DNA from: an uncultured Candidatus Saccharibacteria bacterium
GTDB taxonomy: Bacteria; Patescibacteriota; Minisyncoccia; Phycocordibacterales; EsbW-18
Assembly: GCA_964447415.1 (NCBI GenBank)
Contig: CAYUSN010000001.1
Location: forward strand, 33,735-97,734
Length of the DNA: 64,000 bases
Reading direction: 5' to 3'
In this document: piece by piece, positions 8,125-16,991 of the stretch
Numbering within the stretch: position 1 is the first letter of the stretch
Layout: each line of letters starts with the position of its first letter
Notes under the pieces: generated by a model
The model's database searches: none
Told to the model about the DNA's origin: nothing
Seen by the model: the letters and a program-made list of their open reading frames with translations, nothing else
Position numbers and translations under genes: made by a program

Positions 8125-8358
8125 ATGCGTAGTATCGAACGGAGATTTAAAAACTTTCAAACAAAATCAGGAGGATTGAGCAGTTACATGAACTTTGCAC
8201 AAGCAATCTCCGGACAGGGATTCAGTGAGAATAATTTGAGTCGATGGTTCAACAAACTCGTAGAAAAAGATGACTACGATAAGAAAGATCGAAAACAGAT
8301 TATCAAGAATCTCGTACTCCTTTCAAAACCATCTGAGGAGCACCTGTTTGAGGTATAG
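8125..8358 (+). CDS. small hypothetical protein
   Basis: 77-aa ORF in a tightly packed same-strand run. Confidence 0.3.
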   Translation: MRSIERRFKNFQTKSGGLSSYMNFAQAISGQGFSENNLSRWFNKLVEKDDYDKKDRKQIIKNLVLLSKPSEEHLFEV

Positions 8359-8420
8359 GAAGCCACTCAGAAGAACGTTTTATCAGAGCGTGGAGGCAAT
8401 CATCATGAATATGAGAAAGT

Positions 8421-8855
8421 ATGAAAAAAGGATGGATTAAACAATACCGGAGGGATATAGATGACCTCAGAGATTTAACAGAGCCTGAGTATCGTTACTA
8501 CACACTCTCCTGCTTATTTGCTGTATGGGATACAAGAAATAAGCTTTTTGGAACGTTTGACGCACGAACAAAAACAATAAAAGCAGAGCTTCTTCCGAGC
8601 TGGTCTACTGGAAAAATCAACACAACAAAAAATCTCCTCATAAAAAGAGGTTTCTATAAAAAAGTTCCTGACAACCGACTACACATTACAAACGCGAGGA
8701 TTGTTTTTGGTAAGAGTAGGGATGTTGAAAATCTGGTTCAGAATTATGAAGGTAATATTCGTGTGGATGAAAAAGAGATTCAACAGGCTGAAAATCGCCT
8801 GAGTAGTATCGTGGATATGAAAAGGAATCTAGCAAATAGAAAGAGGGTTTCTTGA
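8421..8855 (+). CDS. hypothetical protein
   Basis: 144-aa ORF, basic. Confidence 0.35.
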   Translation: MKKGWIKQYRRDIDDLRDLTEPEYRYYTLSCLFAVWDTRNKLFGTFDARTKTIKAELLPSWSTGKINTTKNLLIKRGFYKKVPDNRLHITNARIVFGKSRDVENLVQNYEGNIRVDEKEIQQAENRLSSIVDMKRNLANRKRVS

Positions 8856-9008
8856 GATTGACATTCACATAACTGAAAACACCTCTCAAGTTAAAGAAAT
8901 ACAGAGAAATACAGAGAAATCTAAATAAACAAAAACCCCAGAAAGTAACTGCTTAACAGTTAAAAAACAGTGAGAGACAGGATGCCTTTTAAGAGATATA
9001 CTATCTAT

Positions 9009-9114
9009 GTTGACCCAAGCGCAGGCACAATCCGAAGTTTTTTTCTTACCTCGTTGCCCTAAAGGGGCGGTCTGCCAACGAGGCTACTCTTCGGAGCAAG
9101 CGCATTGGGTCAAC
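9009..9114. promoter_or_regulatory. ~106-nt nested imperfect palindrome 50-150 bp upstream of the serine recombinase gene (candidate recombination site or structured leader)
   Basis: GTTGACCCAAGCGCA (9009-9023) pairs with TGCGCATTGGGTCAAC (9100-9114); inner CCGAAG/CTTCGG and CCTCGTTG/CAACGAGG arms; apical CCCTAAAGGG. Confidence 0.45.
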
Positions 9115-9162
9115 CAGACCGTCCCTTTAGAGTTTCTGGGTTATTAGCCTTAATACACCCAT

Positions 9163-10782
9163 ATGAGTATTGATAAGAATCAACCAATCAAATACTTCCT
9201 GTATGCTCGGAAATCCTCGGAAAGTGAAGATCGACAGGTTCAGTCGATTGATGATCAGATAAACCGTCTTAAAGAACTGGCGAAGAACCTACATATTCCG
9301 ATAAAAGAAATCCTCACCGAGGCAAAGACCGCAAAGAAACCACACTGCAGACCGGTCTTTGCACAAATGCTCGAACGTATCGAGAAAGGTGAGGCCAGTG
9401 GAATCCTTTGTTGGCAAATAAACCGTCTCTCTAGAAATCCAATCGACAGCGGAAAGTTGGGATGGATGCTTCAGCAAAACATTTTACAGTCCATTCAAAC
9501 CATTGACCGTCAGTATCTCCCTGACGACAACGTACTCCTGTTCAGTGTAGAGAGTGGGATGGCGAACCAGTTCATTATCGATCTGCGCAAAAACAGCCGA
9601 AGAGGTATGGAAGGAAAAGCCGACCGAGGGTGGCTCCCCTCCCGAGCACCGTTGGGGTATTTGAATGACAAGCTGAAGAACACGATTGTTAAAGACCCTG
9701 AACGTTTCGATCTCGTACGAAAGATGTGGAATCTCATGCTTACAGGCAACTACACGCCATCTAAAATATGCGACATTGCAAACAAAGAGTGGGGTTTTCA
9801 GACATCGCAAACAAAGCGTAGTGGTGGAGGAGAACTTGCGCTTAGCGTTTTATACAAAACATTCGCAAACATTTTCTACACAGGAAAATTTGAATGGGCT
9901 GGAAGAGTTTACGAGGGCAACCATGAGCCAATGGTGAGCTTGGAGGAATACGACCGTGTACAGGTAATTCTTGGGCGTGAAGGTAAGCCACGATCTAAAA
10001 CGCACGACTTTGCATATACAGGACTCATGCGTTGTAGTACGTGCGGTTCAATGTTCACAGCAACTGAGAAAAAGAAGTTTATACAAAGCACCGGTGAGAT
10101 TAGAACCTACGTTTACTACCACTGCACCAGAAAAAACAAGAATGTGCGGTGTAACGAAAAGAGCATCACCCTTGAAGTGCTCGAGGGTCAAATTGAGGCT
10201 GAGCTAGAGAGATACGCAATACTTCCCCAATTCCAAGAGTGGGCTATTGAGATCCTTAACCGTGATAACGACAAAGAGATTCAAGAGAGAACCAAGATAT
10301 ACGAGGCACAGCACAAGGCAATCGTGGGCGCACAAAAAGAATTGGATTCACTAACTCAAATGCGGTACAGAGACCTTATCGACGATGAAACCTTCATTCG
10401 GGAACGTGACACCTTAAAAGAAAAAATATCGACACTCACCAACAATCTAAGAGAGACAGAAGATAGGAGTAAGAAATGGTTAGAACTTACTGAGAAAACA
10501 TTTAACTTTGCGTGCTACGCCCGTAAAGAGTTCCTTTTTGGAGACCTCAACAAGAAACGAGAGATCTTCTCGGCACTTGGCTCGAACTTTTCTGTAAAAG
10601 ACCAGAAAGTACGCATTGAAGCCAACGAATGGCTCGTACCTATCGAAAAAGCCTACCCAGAGCTAGAACTTGAGTACAATCGGCTCGAACTAGATAAAAC
10701 CCTTGATACAGCAACACGAAATGAACGTTTTGCTGAACTTATTCTCTCTTGGGGTGCCTACTGGGAATCGAACCCAGATTGA
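9163..10782 (+). CDS. large serine recombinase/integrase (resolvase catalytic domain + recombinase domain + Zn ribbon + coiled coil)
   Basis: 539 aa; 'YARKSSESEDRQVQSIDDQ' catalytic-Ser region; 'CSTCGS...YYHC' Zn-ribbon; the last 33 nt overlap tRNA-His on the opposite strand. Confidence 0.85.
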   Translation: MSIDKNQPIKYFLYARKSSESEDRQVQSIDDQINRLKELAKNLHIPIKEILTEAKTAKKPHCRPVFAQMLERIEKGEASGILCWQINRLSRNPIDSGKLGWMLQQNILQSIQTIDRQYLPDDNVLLFSVESGMANQFIIDLRKNSRRGMEGKADRGWLPSRAPLGYLNDKLKNTIVKDPERFDLVRKMWNLMLTGNYTPSKICDIANKEWGFQTSQTKRSGGGELALSVLYKTFANIFYTGKFEWAGRVYEGNHEPMVSLEEYDRVQVILGREGKPRSKTHDFAYTGLMRCSTCGSMFTATEKKKFIQSTGEIRTYVYYHCTRKNKNVRCNEKSITLEVLEGQIEAELERYAILPQFQEWAIEILNRDNDKEIQERTKIYEAQHKAIVGAQKELDSLTQMRYRDLIDDETFIRERDTLKEKISTLTNNLRETEDRSKKWLELTEKTFNFACYARKEFLFGDLNKKREIFSALGSNFSVKDQKVRIEANEWLVPIEKAYPELELEYNRLELDKTLDTATRNERFAELILSWGAYWESNPD

Positions 10783-10825
10783 GAGCTCCACAAGCTCCAG
10801 TGTTGACCGTTACACCATAGGCACC
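10750..10825 (-). tRNA. tRNA-His (anticodon GTG), with G-1 and genomically encoded CCA
   Basis: Manual cloverleaf: G-1 + GTGCCTA acceptor, D-stem GTGT/ACAC, anticodon loop TTGTGGA, T-loop TTCGATT, 3' ...TAGGCAC-C-CCA. Confidence 0.8.
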
Positions 10826-10953
10826 ATGCGGGACTACTGTACCGAAAAAACGGCGCGAAAGCGAGTGGTTAGTAGCGACGTAGAGCGAGCGAAACGAAAA
10901 AGTAACCTTTTTCATTTCCGAGCCGAGGAGCTAGTATAAGGGCGAAGCCGCTT

Positions 10954-12036
10954 CTATTTTGTGACCTGTATCAGACGCACAGAAGTGTCCGATTCAACAA
11001 CATCAAACCGAACCCTTCCGATGACCAGTCCCTCGCGGGTTTCTACCGACACGCGCCACGCACCGGGCATAATGTTTTCTTTCATTGAATAACTCCTATA
11101 TCCGTTTTCGCGACCGCCCACAATCGGAAACACAACCGTGTTCTCCGTCACCCACCTGCTTCCGGTAAGGTACTGCCACTTGTGCACAACAGATGTTGAG
11201 AGGCGCGCGGGCGCAAATACCGACGTCCACACGAACACCGGCTCACCGGGTGTGCGGTGGTAATCTTCCGAAAGAGAAAACGTGCTTGCAAGCGTGCGTG
11301 GTTCAACATGCAGTTCATACGAGTCCCCCACGCGCGTCATCCAGTGTGCAACCGCCGAATCAGACAGCGTCAACGGCACCGGCGGAATGACGTTGGTCAC
11401 ATAGGCAAACATACACGCGATACTGATTGCTCCGACGGTGAACATGAGGCGGGGTGCCGTCTCGGACACATCGCGCGGAGCAATCAACCGCAATACCGCA
11501 ACAAACACCACAACGAGCACGAGACTTAGCGCAATACCGCCGATAAACTCCAACGCCCCGATGGACCGCACCAGAATCGGCACAAGCATGAGCGAGTACG
11601 ACAAAAGTGCGACGTACAAAACACTCACGTGAAACACCATACGTTCATAGCGCGTGCGAAACGCCTCATTCCCGACAAGCATAAACAGCAAAAAGAGAAT
11701 GAGCGGCCAGGAAGCAGACAACGACGCGCTCCGGACATAAAACACCACAAACGCCGAGAACAGCGCACCAAATGCAATCTGCAGCACGAACGGTGCAACC
11801 GTAATTCCCCATGCGAGCACGCGGTGCTTTTCTTGATTACGTTCACGGTGCGCAAGCAGCACGATACACAACCCGGCAAGCAGGATGTAGGTAGTGAGAA
11901 CAATATTTTCTGCAAGCAGATCAATTCTCCGCAACGTGAGCGAGTCGACGATAAAACCGAAGGCAAGCGCCGCACCCGAGAGTGCCCGCTCGTGTTTTTC
12001 AATCAGTGTTTTTGCCCTGACAATTAATGCCCGCAT
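10954..12036 (-). CDS. polytopic membrane protein with C-terminal soluble domain (DUF2914-like?), start corrected to MRALIVRAK
   Basis: The tracked ORF (to 12186) runs antisense through tRNA-Leu; the first plausible ATG is at 12036; ~8 TM segments followed by a beta-rich C-terminal domain. Confidence 0.5.
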   Translation of the reverse strand: MRALIVRAKTLIEKHERALSGAALAFGFIVDSLTLRRIDLLAENIVLTTYILLAGLCIVLLAHRERNQEKHRVLAWGITVAPFVLQIAFGALFSAFVVFYVRSASLSASWPLILFLLFMLVGNEAFRTRYERMVFHVSVLYVALLSYSLMLVPILVRSIGALEFIGGIALSLVLVVVFVAVLRLIAPRDVSETAPRLMFTVGAISIACMFAYVTNVIPPVPLTLSDSAVAHWMTRVGDSYELHVEPRTLASTFSLSEDYHRTPGEPVFVWTSVFAPARLSTSVVHKWQYLTGSRWVTENTVVFPIVGGRENGYRSYSMKENIMPGAWRVSVETREGLVIGRVRFDVVESDTSVRLIQVTK

Positions 12037-12101
12037 GTGTTCAGAATACCACCAATTGTGTCTCTTTTCTGTTTTCCTACTTTGGTCTATACTGCCTTCG
12101 C

Positions 12102-12185
12102 GCGCAGGTGGCGAAATTGGTAGACGCACTACCTTGAGGTGGTAGCGCCCGCAAGGGCTTGGAGGTTCAAATCCTCTCCTGCGCA
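12102..12185 (+). tRNA. tRNA-Leu (anticodon GAG), type II with long variable arm
   Basis: Acceptor GCGCAGG/CCTGCGC+A; anticodon stem CTACC/GGTAG with loop TTGAGGT; T-loop TTCAAAT. Confidence 0.8.
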
Positions 12186-12216
12186 CAAAGAAAAACGACC
12201 GCTTTCGGCGGTCGTT

Positions 12217-12684
12217 TTACTCTTTTGTTTCGGTGGTTTCTTCGGTCGTTTCTGGTGTTTCCGGTTCTGCCGGAGCTTCCGGTTCTGCAACCTTGCCTCC
12301 CGTTGAAATGTTGACGAACTGCATGCGGCGCATCTGTCGGCGGATTTCGCGTGCCGCTTTTTCGCGGATGTGGTAGAGCTTTGCGCGGCGTGTTTTCACG
12401 TGGCGAAGAATTTCAATCTTATCGATTGCCGGAGAATAGAGCGGAAAAATCTTTTCCACACCGTAGCCGTCTGCAACGCGGCGAACCGTAAAGGTTGCAC
12501 CCGCCGTTGAGCCTCCTTTTCGTCCGATGACGGTGCCCTCAAATGCCTGGAGGCGTGTTTTGCCTTTTTCCTCGACTTTTACCCACACGCGAACAGTGTC
12601 ACCCGCGCGCATCGGAAGTTCCTTGCGCTCGTCCATATCCACCGGCGAGATTTTTACTGCTGTGTGTACCATAATTGTAGGCAC
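12217..12684 (-). CDS. rplS: 50S ribosomal protein L19 with acidic Pro/Glu/Thr-rich C-terminal extension
   Basis: '[10 protein letters not shown]...[40 protein letters not shown]...[10 protein letters not shown]' L19 signature; ~35-aa PE/TE-rich tail. Confidence 0.85.
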   Translation of the reverse strand: MPTIMVHTAVKISPVDMDERKELPMRAGDTVRVWVKVEEKGKTRLQAFEGTVIGRKGGSTAGATFTVRRVADGYGVEKIFPLYSPAIDKIEILRHVKTRRAKLYHIREKAAREIRRQMRRMQFVNISTGGKVAEPEAPAEPETPETTEETTETKE

Positions 12685-12719
12685 CGTACTTTAGCACGGA
12701 GGTCAAAAAACGGCAAGAA

Positions 12720-13442
12720 TTACGCCTCCTTCTTCAGAAGCTTCTCCGCCTCAATAAAATCCTCGGGAAGCGGCGCCTCAACGGTTTTTTCCTTCCCCGA
12801 CGGAAGCATGAGCGTCAGTGAGTAGGCATGGAGCGCGACGCGGTCAAAACCGAGTGCGGGACGCTGTTTGGGCGCATACAGTCCGTCGCAGACCACAGGA
12901 TGATTGATCGCTTTCATGTGCACGCGAATCTGATGAGTGCGGCCTGTCTTCGGATGCACCTCCAGATACGAATGTTCTTTTCCCCGCTCAAGCACGTGGT
13001 ATTCGGTAATCGCCTCCCGCATCACCCCCCTGGCGCCGCGTTGTGCGGACCAGAGCCGCGGATCAGTTGAACTTTTGCCGATAGGACGATTGATGATGTC
13101 TTTGTCTTTTGTGACGATACCGTACACAAACGTGCGGTAGATTTTTTTTGCTTCGCGCTCCTGAAACACCGATTTGAGATGCACGAATGCGTCTTCGTTT
13201 TTTGCGATCACCATGACGCCCGTCGTGTCGCCGTCGAGACGATGTACGATGCCGGGGCGCTCAACCGTCATGCCGTTTGAAAGCACCTGCGGTTCACCGA
13301 TACCCGCCGTCTCCGGATACTCCGCCGCCACCCAGTCGGCTACGGTCTGCTCGTCGGTTTTACCGTCGTCGTGCACCAACATACCTGAGGGCTTATTGAT
13401 AAACACCACGTCATTGTCCTCGTAGAGAATGGGGATGTTCAT
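12720..13442 (-). CDS. RluA-family 23S rRNA pseudouridine synthase (no S4 domain)
   Basis: 'HRLDGDTTGVMVIAKN' catalytic Asp motif; 240 aa. Confidence 0.8.
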   Translation of the reverse strand: MNIPILYEDNDVVFINKPSGMLVHDDGKTDEQTVADWVAAEYPETAGIGEPQVLSNGMTVERPGIVHRLDGDTTGVMVIAKNEDAFVHLKSVFQEREAKKIYRTFVYGIVTKDKDIINRPIGKSSTDPRLWSAQRGARGVMREAITEYHVLERGKEHSYLEVHPKTGRTHQIRVHMKAINHPVVCDGLYAPKQRPALGFDRVALHAYSLTLMLPSGKEKTVEAPLPEDFIEAEKLLKKEA

Positions 13443-13448
13443 ATATAT

Positions 13449-13718
13449 CTATTGTACGTAAAATCCTGAGAATTGCCCCGCGGGTTCTTTCCATGCAACC
13501 GTCACGTCACGCACGCGCGCAAGGAAGGGCCCTTTGTGCAGATATTCTATGAGTTTTTTGAGTTTATCCTCCGGTCCCTGCGCCACAACATGCAATTCCC
13601 CTACTCCGCGGTTTTCCACAAACCCCGAAAGCCATAGAGCGCCCGCGTGCCGCAGCACAAATTCGCGGAAACCAACACCTTGTACTTTTCCCGAGACCAC
13701 GGCGTCAATCTCGTGCAT
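13449..13718 (-). CDS. acylphosphatase
   Basis: 89 aa; 'VSGKVQGVGFREFV' plus the 'GxVxNxxDGxV' acylphosphatase signatures. Confidence 0.8.
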   Translation of the reverse strand: MHEIDAVVSGKVQGVGFREFVLRHAGALWLSGFVENRGVGELHVVAQGPEDKLKKLIEYLHKGPFLARVRDVTVAWKEPAGQFSGFYVQ

Positions 13719-13796
13719 ATATCCATTGTGGGTGTTGAGAATTAAAAGTAAATAAGGTATCGTGCGCCTGCAAAATAGCGTAAAATGGTCCGCGTT

Positions 13797-13869
13797 GGGC
13801 GCTTAGCTCAGTTGGTAGAGCAACTCGTTTACACCGAGAAGGTCAGGGGTTCGAGTCCCTTAGCGCCCA
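13797..13869 (+). tRNA. tRNA-Val (anticodon TAC)
   Basis: GGGCGCT acceptor; D-arm AGCTCAGTTGGTAGAGC; anticodon loop TTTACAC; T-arm GGGGTTCGAGTCCCT. Confidence 0.8.
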
Positions 13870-13898
13870 CTGTTGTAGTAGACTGTCTGGTGAGACCT

Positions 13899-13970
13899 CC
13901 TCCCGTAGTTTAACGGATAGAACAGGGGCGTTCTAAGCCTTTGATGGGGGTTCGATTCCCTCCGGGAGGA
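13899..13970 (+). tRNA. tRNA-Arg (anticodon TCT)
   Basis: Acceptor CCTCCCG/CGGGAGG+A; D-loop AACGGATAG; anticodon loop GTTCTAA; T-loop TTCGATT. Confidence 0.75.
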
Positions 13971-13981
13971 CACGAGGAATC

Positions 13982-14299
13982 TTAGTACGGGTCAGGAATT
14001 GAAATACCGCCGTTGAGACGCGACTGGAACGTTGCGGCGCGTGCCGAAAACGCCGAGAGTACATCGCGGATGTGTTCTTTATCTACCTCCTGTGCGCCCG
14101 GCAACTCTAATGTCGATTCTATGACGCGGTTGCCGATGTTGCGTACGGAGAAATAAAAATAGAGTGACAGCGAAATACCGATGATGTTACCGACGGCAAA
14201 CAGCAGTAATAGTCGCGCCCATAATCCGCTATTTGTTCGTGCCACGAACATATTTCTGATTGCGGGGAGTATTTTTTTGTTCAGTCCGTCTTTTGCCAT
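13982..14299 (-). CDS. small membrane protein, hypothetical (possibly pilus-assembly-associated)
   Basis: Start moved to MAKDGLNKK (14299); one or two TM helices; immediately downstream of the pilM/N/O-like genes. Confidence 0.35.
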   Translation of the reverse strand: MAKDGLNKKILPAIRNMFVARTNSGLWARLLLLFAVGNIIGISLSLYFYFSVRNIGNRVIESTLELPGAQEVDKEHIRDVLSAFSARAATFQSRLNGGISIPDPY

Positions 14300-14304
14300 G
14301 CGTG

Positions 14305-14856
14305 TTATTGTTTCAATGTGATACGCACTGTTGCGCGCAACGCCCACCTCGGCTGCGGGGTGTCTTCATCAACACCCGACGTGTCGAGCGTCATTTGTGA
14401 AAGTGACGATTGGTACGGAAGTGCGTCAAGAAGCGACAATAGGTGGGAAACCGAGCGCCACGAACCTTCGGACATTACATTGACGACAAGCACCCCTTCA
14501 CGTGTCTGCGGGTCCTCATTTTCAACCTGCACCTGCAACACCGCAACCGGCGCCCCGACTGAAACACCGAAACCTTCCAACTCCTCAATGATCGTGATGA
14601 TGTCCTCCGGAGTTCGGAAAAAGTCTTTCACACCTTTTCGCTCCTCCGACAGCTCCGCAAGTATTCCCGCCGTGTCACGCACGCGCCGTTCAAGCTGTAT
14701 TTGCATCAGTAATTCTTCCTGTGTCGTTTGTATATGCGCATACTGCCGACGCGTCACAACCACCGCAACCACATACGCACCGATGAGTATCGCGCAGAAA
14801 AATGCCGTAACGTACAGCCGTATCTGTCGTGCCTTTTTTTCCTGTCCTATATTCAT
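14305..14856 (-). CDS. PilO-like type IV pilus assembly protein (single N-terminal TM + periplasmic domain)
   Basis: 183 aa; the topology and its position after the PilN-like gene fit PilO; only weak sequence signal. Confidence 0.4.
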   Translation of the reverse strand: MNIGQEKKARQIRLYVTAFFCAILIGAYVVAVVVTRRQYAHIQTTQEELLMQIQLERRVRDTAGILAELSEERKGVKDFFRTPEDIITIIEELEGFGVSVGAPVAVLQVQVENEDPQTREGVLVVNVMSEGSWRSVSHLLSLLDALPYQSSLSQMTLDTSGVDEDTPQPRWALRATVRITLKQ

Positions 14857-15473
14857 AGCACTGGTACTTCCTCCGCAACAGGGGCGGGGGTGTCTGTTAT
14901 ATACGACCCAAGCCCCACCGGCTCATCAAGGGACACGGTAAGGGTGAACTCAATGTTTTCGTTTTTTGCCAGACTTGATACCGGCACATCAACGCGTGAA
15001 AACAGCGGGGACTGTCGGAGTGCGTCTCCGAACGCAATGAGTGCCGCGCGGGTTGTTGCCGTTCCCAGTATTAAAACGGAAATTTCCTCGTTACCAAGAG
15101 AATATGCAAACTGCCGCACACTCACACCTTCCGGAATCCGCGGCGCAATATCCTCAAGAATTGAAGTCGCCGTACGACGTGAAAGCGACCCCTCAAGCAG
15201 CACGGACCGTTCCGACAGCTCAACAACCTCGCTTCCTCCGCTTTGTTTTCGCTGTAAATCAACAAGTATTTTGGTTGCTTTCAACTGATCATCAAAACCA
15301 CTCGCCCCCGACCACACAACGATAAAGGACGGGATAATAAAAAGTAGCGCAACAACAGCCGAACACATCAGCAGCAGCATACAAACAATCGCGACCCTTC
15401 GTCGGTGTTCCCACAGCACGCGCTTCGCGTCTTTTATTGGAAGCAGATTAACCACACGTCTATTGTATCGCAT
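14853..15473 (-). CDS. pilN: PilN-like type IV pilus assembly protein
   Basis: Start at MRYNRRVVNLLP (conserved N-terminal 'INLLP'-type motif), then a TM segment and a periplasmic domain. Confidence 0.6.
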   Translation of the reverse strand: MRYNRRVVNLLPIKDAKRVLWEHRRRVAIVCMLLLMCSAVVALLFIIPSFIVVWSGASGFDDQLKATKILVDLQRKQSGGSEVVELSERSVLLEGSLSRRTATSILEDIAPRIPEGVSVRQFAYSLGNEEISVLILGTATTRAALIAFGDALRQSPLFSRVDVPVSSLAKNENIEFTLTVSLDEPVGLGSYITDTPAPVAEEVPVL

Positions 15474-15535
15474 CCGGCACCTGTATACATACGCCGAAAA
15501 AAGAAAACCTGTGTACACGCGTCCTGCGTCGGCGA

Positions 15536-16636
15536 TTACTCGTCTTCGCGCAATGCAAGTCCGATCGCCGGAGCGTAGCCGAGTGATTCGGTTTCGGGTA
15601 ATTCAGGAATAAAGGTGTCAAATGAAAACGCATTCTCCCAAACGTTCCCTTTTGTAACCGGAATACGAAGCGCCCCTTCAAGGTGCTCGGGCAACCCGAC
15701 GATGTTTGCGTTCCCGCCCACAAGATACACCCGTTCGACAGGTTTATGTGCGACATCCATACCCTTAATGTCTTTGTGCGTCTGCCAATACACGATGTAC
15801 CGGTCGAGTTCATTGGAAAGTTTTTTGGCAAACGAAGTAAACGCCTCCTGCCCCATCGAATCGTCACGATACCGCAATCCTTGATTGTTTTTTATGTTCG
15901 TCAGATCCTCCGAGGAGGCGTCCGGGAGTACGCTCTGCAGCACCGCATCAATCTCATCGCCGCCGATATCAACGGTGGCGGTGAATCGCACCGCCTGTCC
16001 TTGTGCAATGGCGATACCTGACCGTTTCCGCCCGATGTCCACAATCATTGAAACCTCTTTTGTTTTTTTAGGAATTACCGCACGGGCAACCGCCTGCGCT
16101 TCTATTTCAAGCGACAACGGTTCGAGTCCCGCGGCAAACAGCAAATCCACGTACTCCTGCGCAATCTTCGTGGGGTACGCGGACACCGACACCATTTGCT
16201 GTCCCGGAATAAGCGGAGCACCGGGAACAACCTCAAAATCAATCACCGCGTTGTCCGCCGTCAGCGGCACATTTTCTTCAAGCTTAAACTGAAGTACTTC
16301 TCGAATCTCTTCGTCGGAAAGATGCCTCGGTACGTATGCCGGGAATATATACCCCTCCTCTTCAGGCAACGATGCACGCACAAAATGAATCCCATATTCC
16401 CGGGCCAGCTCCGAAAGCACTTCTACAAGCTTCTTTTTATCTACAATCTTCCCTCCCTCAACAACGCCGTGCGGAACGGAAAATGAAACGAACCGTTTCA
16501 GTTGTCTGCCGTGCTGACGCGTACGTGAGAGTTCGATACATTTGACCGAGTGGTCAGAAATGTCGAGCCCCACCGCAGGCATCAAAAGGTACGGGGGCGT
16601 GGGGAGCACCGAAAAGACCGCAGACGATAACTTCAT
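15536..16636 (-). CDS. pilM: type IV pilus assembly ATPase-fold protein PilM (actin-like)
   Basis: 366 aa; N-terminal 'VGLDISDHSVKCIEL' and an internal 'DIGRKRSGIAIAQG' actin/FtsA-like fold; followed by pilN/O-like genes. Confidence 0.7.
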   Translation of the reverse strand: MKLSSAVFSVLPTPPYLLMPAVGLDISDHSVKCIELSRTRQHGRQLKRFVSFSVPHGVVEGGKIVDKKKLVEVLSELAREYGIHFVRASLPEEEGYIFPAYVPRHLSDEEIREVLQFKLEENVPLTADNAVIDFEVVPGAPLIPGQQMVSVSAYPTKIAQEYVDLLFAAGLEPLSLEIEAQAVARAVIPKKTKEVSMIVDIGRKRSGIAIAQGQAVRFTATVDIGGDEIDAVLQSVLPDASSEDLTNIKNNQGLRYRDDSMGQEAFTSFAKKLSNELDRYIVYWQTHKDIKGMDVAHKPVERVYLVGGNANIVGLPEHLEGALRIPVTKGNVWENAFSFDTFIPELPETESLGYAPAIGLALREDE

Positions 16637-16645
16637 TCCTTTATT

Positions 16646-16990
16646 CTAACCTAAATGCGTGCCGGGTGGCATATCCGCTTCGGGGACAATGAATGAAAAC
16701 TGTTTGTTATCTCCTTCACCGATTGATGCGGCGAATAACATGCCGTTGCTCTCATACCCCTTGATTGTGCGCGGTTCAAGGTTATACACGAACGTTGTTT
16801 TCTTTCCGACAAGCGACTGCGGGTCGGCGACATACTGTTTAATCCCCGAAACAAGCTGACGAGGTTCCGCTTCACCGAAATCAACCATGAGCCGGAGCAG
16901 TTTATCCGTCTCGGGAATTTCCTCGACAGAAATAATCTGTCCGACGCGTATGTCTACTTTTTTAAAATCATCAAACGAGAGGTGCTCCAT
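16646..16990 (-). CDS. tRNA-binding domain protein (CsaA/Trbp111-like, EMAP fold)
   Basis: 'FKKVDIRVGQIISVEEIPETDKLLRLMVDFGE...RQLVSGI' matches the tRNA-binding OB-fold of MetG-C/CsaA. Confidence 0.7.
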   Translation of the reverse strand: MEHLSFDDFKKVDIRVGQIISVEEIPETDKLLRLMVDFGEAEPRQLVSGIKQYVADPQSLVGKKTTFVYNLEPRTIKGYESNGMLFAASIGEGDNKQFSFIVPEADMPPGTHLG

Positions 16991-16991
16991 A

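Larger units (their letters stand above)
1..10825. mobile_element. AT-rich integrated element / genomic island (left boundary outside window) abutting tRNA-His
   Basis: Sharp GC shift at ~10.8-10.95 kb; serine integrase at the end overlapping the tRNA 3' end; cargo of TA module, nuclease and phage-like small ORFs. Confidence 0.5.

Noticed and set aside
8886-8915. Short tandem repeat (AAATACAGAG x2.5), possible CRISPR.
   Set aside because: Only 2-3 contiguous 9-10-bp units with no spacers and no cas genes. It is not a CRISPR array.
12037-12186. N-terminal extension of the membrane protein ORF (tracked start 12186).
   Set aside because: The extension is the reverse complement of tRNA-Leu. The first credible start is ATG 12036.
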